Under the pieces are notes generated by a model. The model was not told the DNA's origin, made no database searches, and saw nothing but the letters and a program-made list of their open reading frames with translations. The position numbers and the translations under genes are program-made. A DNA stretch of 64,000 nucleotides from an uncultured Candidatus Saccharibacteria bacterium (GTDB taxonomy: Bacteria; Patescibacteriota; Saccharimonadia; Saccharimonadales; Saccharimonadaceae), in contig CAMNAK010000003.1 in the NCBI GenBank assembly GCA_946530965.1, forward strand, positions 8,312 through 72,311, written 5' to 3'. This document shows positions 61,912 through 64,000 of the stretch, one piece after another; position 1 is the first letter of the stretch, and the number at the start of each line of letters is the position of its first letter.

Positions 61912-62562
61912 TTATTCGCCTTCTTCTTCGTCTTCTTCGTCTTCTGTGCTTGCTTCGAGGAACTTCAGCATAGATTCGACACAGTTGAGACCTGCAGAAT
62001 TGGGGCAAGATTCAAGTTTCTGGATAAACTCTGCATACTTGAGAATCTTGCTGTGGCTATCGAAGAGGTTGAGCATGGCGTCGCCGATTGCAAACCTGAT
62101 TGCGCTCAGTATTATGTCGACACTGTCGCCGTCGCCGAGGCAGATTTCGTGGTTTGTGCCAAGCATTCCGTAAAGCATCCTGTCGAAATCGAAGGAAGAG
62201 TAATCCTTGATTTTACCGAAGGCTTTGTTTACTTCGATAGCGCTGTCCTTGATAGCTTCCAGTACATAGTCGGGGCAGCACTTTTCCTTGGATCTAGACT
62301 CGCATTCCTTATCGAGAATGCAGACAAGATCGCGGAAAGCGCGCTTGAGCTCGAAATTAGCGTCAAGCCATGTTCCGTTGACTTTCCAAGTCAGCTTGTC
62401 GAAGGGAATGCCAGCAAGATCGCTCGGGATAAAGCCCTGTTCGCCAAACATCTCTTCTTCCTCGGTAGGGTAGTTAGCCCTGGGGAGACGGGCGCAGTAG
62501 CTGTGGAGTGCTTCATAGAAATTCAGGAGCTGGCGGATAGCCGAAATTGTATTCTTTTTCAT
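61912..62562 (-). CDS. Acidic helical protein, paralogue family member 1
   Basis: RBS GAGGTG. It shares LLNFY.AL.SY...LPR.N.P, CLG.GD.VD and KILKYA..I.KLES.P.S.GLN with the next gene. The C-terminal tail is acidic. Confidence 0.6.
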   Translation of the reverse strand: MKKNTISAIRQLLNFYEALHSYCARLPRANYPTEEEEMFGEQGFIPSDLAGIPFDKLTWKVNGTWLDANFELKRAFRDLVCILDKECESRSKEKCCPDYVLEAIKDSAIEVNKAFGKIKDYSSFDFDRMLYGMLGTNHEICLGDGDSVDIILSAIRFAIGDAMLNLFDSHSKILKYAEFIQKLESCPNSAGLNCVESMLKFLEASTEDEEDEEEGE

Positions 62563-62624
62563 GGTATCACCTCATATAAGTACTCCATCTTATGCTTCTC
62601 AAGAGCATAATGATAGGCTCTTAT

Positions 62625-62653
62625 ATTATAGCATAAACGCAATAAAATGTCAA
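62625..62653 (-). promoter_or_regulatory. Sigma70-type promoter (cassette type)
   Basis: The minus strand reads TTGACA-17 nt-TATAAT. Confidence 0.7.
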
Positions 62654-62679
62654 TAAGTAACAGGGGTGGGTGCAGCCAA

Positions 62680-62708
62680 GAAAAATCCCCGACCTTTTTG
62701 GGTCGGGG
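62680..62708 (-). terminator. Intrinsic terminator (cassette type)
   Basis: CCCCGACC-loop-GGTCGGGG followed by ATTTTTCTTGGC. Confidence 0.8.
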
Positions 62709-62720
62709 CAAATAAGATGA

Positions 62721-63353
62721 TTATTCGTCTTTTTCCGTCCTTGCGTCTGCTTCGAGGGACTCCATCATGGATTCGATATAATTGAGGCCCAAGGAATCGG
62801 GATAAGATTCAAGTTTCTCGATACACTGAGCGTACTTAAGAATTTTGTCGGGTTCATCGAAGAGTTCGGTCAGAACGAAGCCAATAACGAACATGAATGC
62901 TTCAAGTATAGCATCGACGTCGTCTCCAAGACCTAAGCAGAGCTTCTTGCGGAAAGAGAGATGCTCGGAGAGTATGCTGCTTAAAGCGTAGCAGGAAAAA
63001 TCCTTGATTTCGCCATAAGTCTTAACAACATCGAGAGCTGCTCTTTTGACAGGCTCCAGTACGTAATCGTAGTGGCCGCTATTCATAATTCTAGACTTGC
63101 ATTCTTCTTCGAGAACGGAAGCGAGATTACCGAGAGCGCGCTCGAGCGTGTAGTAAACCTCTATAGCGCAACCAGTTTCCCAGACAAACTTGTCCAGAGG
63201 AATACCACAAAGATTGTCCGGAAAAGAATGCTCTTCGACGTCATTTACTAATCCTATGGAAGGGTGGTTAACCCTAGGGAGATAGGCGCTGTAGCTGCTG
63301 AGTGCTTTGTAGAAATTCAGAAGCTGGCTAAGCGCCGGGATGTTGCTTCGCAT
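62721..63353 (-). CDS. Acidic helical protein, paralogue family member 2
   Basis: RBS GAGGTGAT. Clear full-length similarity to 61912..62562. Confidence 0.6.
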   Translation of the reverse strand: MRSNIPALSQLLNFYKALSSYSAYLPRVNHPSIGLVNDVEEHSFPDNLCGIPLDKFVWETGCAIEVYYTLERALGNLASVLEEECKSRIMNSGHYDYVLEPVKRAALDVVKTYGEIKDFSCYALSSILSEHLSFRKKLCLGLGDDVDAILEAFMFVIGFVLTELFDEPDKILKYAQCIEKLESYPDSLGLNYIESMMESLEADARTEKDE

Positions 63354-63417
63354 ATACTAATCACCTCACGTAAGTACTCCATCTTATGCTTCTAAAAGCG
63401 TAAAGATAGGCAGTTAT

Positions 63418-63445
63418 ATTTTAACATAAATGGGGAGAAAGTCAA
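63418..63445 (-). promoter_or_regulatory. Sigma70-type promoter (degenerate cassette)
   Basis: The minus strand reads TTGACT-16 nt-TAAAAT. Confidence 0.55.
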
Positions 63446-63468
63446 TGAACGGCAGTAAGCGCGGGCAA

Positions 63469-63497
63469 GAAAAAGCCCCGACCGTGTTGGTCGAGGC
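63469..63497 (-). terminator. Intrinsic terminator (cassette type, one mismatch)
   Basis: GCCCCGACC-loop-GGTCGAGGC followed by TTTTTCTTGCC. Confidence 0.7.
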
Positions 63498-63517
63498 AGA
63501 TAGATTAAATGAAGTGA

Positions 63518-64000
63518 TTAAACTTGCGCGCCCAGAAATTCCGAATGAGCTCTCGCGAACTCGATGCCAGAAGAATCGGGGCAAGACTCCAGCACACTAA
63601 TAAGCTTTGCGTACTCGAGACTGTTTGCGGGATCATTGAATAGGTCAAGCAGGGCCTTTCCCATGGCGAGTTTTACCAGGTCGATAACCTTCTCGATGTC
63701 TTCTCTGCAGCCAAGGCAGATGTGATGTTCTCTGTTCAGGAACTCATTGTAGAGGGCATTTCCGATGATAGGATCGGGGTTTAAGCGTCTGCAAGTCTTA
63801 TAGGCCTTGCGGAACTTAGCTGCGGTGCTCTTCACGCCTCTAGTGGATGTTACTTTCTCTTTTCTGTAATCGCACATTGCGTCGTAGAGAGAAGCGATGC
63901 GTTTGAAGCCAGATTCGAGAGTCCAGAAGGAACCTTCGGGGTCATCGGGCCAGAACTGCTCGCAGAGTTCGCTGAGATAAATGCCTTTAAGGGTATTGGA
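63518..64000 (-). CDS. Paralogue family member 3, 5' end outside the window
   Basis: The frame stays open upstream of the listed Met to base 64000 (SNTLKGIYLSELCEQFWPDDPEGSFWTLESGFKR...). The C-terminal HHICLGCREDIEK...LEYAKLISVLESCPDSSGIEF matches the family. Confidence 0.55.
   Translation of the reverse strand, partial: SNTLKGIYLSELCEQFWPDDPEGSFWTLESGFKRIASLYDAMCDYRKEKVTSTRGVKSTAAKFRKAYKTCRRLNPDPIIGNALYNEFLNREHHICLGCREDIEKVIDLVKLAMGKALLDLFNDPANSLEYAKLISVLESCPDSSGIEFARAHSEFLGAQV

Noticed and set aside
61906-62610. 234-aa plus-strand ORF antisense to paralogue 1
   Set aside because: It starts with GTG inside a terminator and has no RBS. The minus-strand reading is supported by an RBS and by protein-level similarity to two neighbouring paralogues.
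61241-63500. Periodic identical hairpin repeats (CCCCGACC...GGTCGGGG) that at first glance suggested a CRISPR-like array
   Set aside because: The repeat period is about 650-800 bp, and each interval is a full protein-coding gene with a promoter and RBS. The repeats are intrinsic terminators of duplicated expression cassettes.

Overview
This is a gene-dense 64-kb stretch of a compact bacterial chromosome with about 65 CDS. I saw no rRNA, tRNA, CRISPR array, transposase or integrase. The gene content is a reduced housekeeping set with many muralytic and surface proteins, and many genes sit as single promoter-gene-terminator units. That suggests a small-genome Patescibacteria/CPR organism, possibly Saccharibacteria-like. 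This is inference only, with no search run. Recognisable core genes: zur-znuABC with a perfect Zur box, queH, rpmE2, serS-hpf-secA, an M16 peptidase, rlmI, murF, dnaK behind a CIRCE operator, a GH25 lysozyme, rmuC, lepB, htrA, rpsB-tsf, pheST, an FKBP PPIase, sbcB, an OatA-like acyltransferase, pta, a glycogen-type GT plus GH57 pair, and a heterodimeric ABC exporter. Most interesting non-standard content: (1) A translationally coupled five-gene operon (7999-11735) combines an orphan protein, a truncated AlaRS-like catalytic core, a SAM methyltransferase and two dCTP-deaminase-fold paralogues, one lacking the catalytic Glu. (2) An accessory block at the 3' end (58.7-64 kb) holds a Pif1/RecD-like helicase, orphan genes and a tandem array of acidic paralogues, each in a near-identical terminator-promoter-leader cassette. 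(3) A promoter- and terminator-bounded, roughly 280-nt structured transcript lies upstream of the ABC exporter. (4) An ~80-bp element with nested palindromes occurs three times. (5) Structured leaders precede the lysozyme and yfiH-like genes. (6) Two convergent terminator hairpins have unrelated stems but identical loops. (7) Several domain-architecture oddities are present: a stand-alone homing-endonuclease-repeat protein, an alpha-CTD-like protein, and an aquaporin with a poly-acidic N-terminus. All family assignments come from reading motifs by eye and need HMM or structure confirmation.
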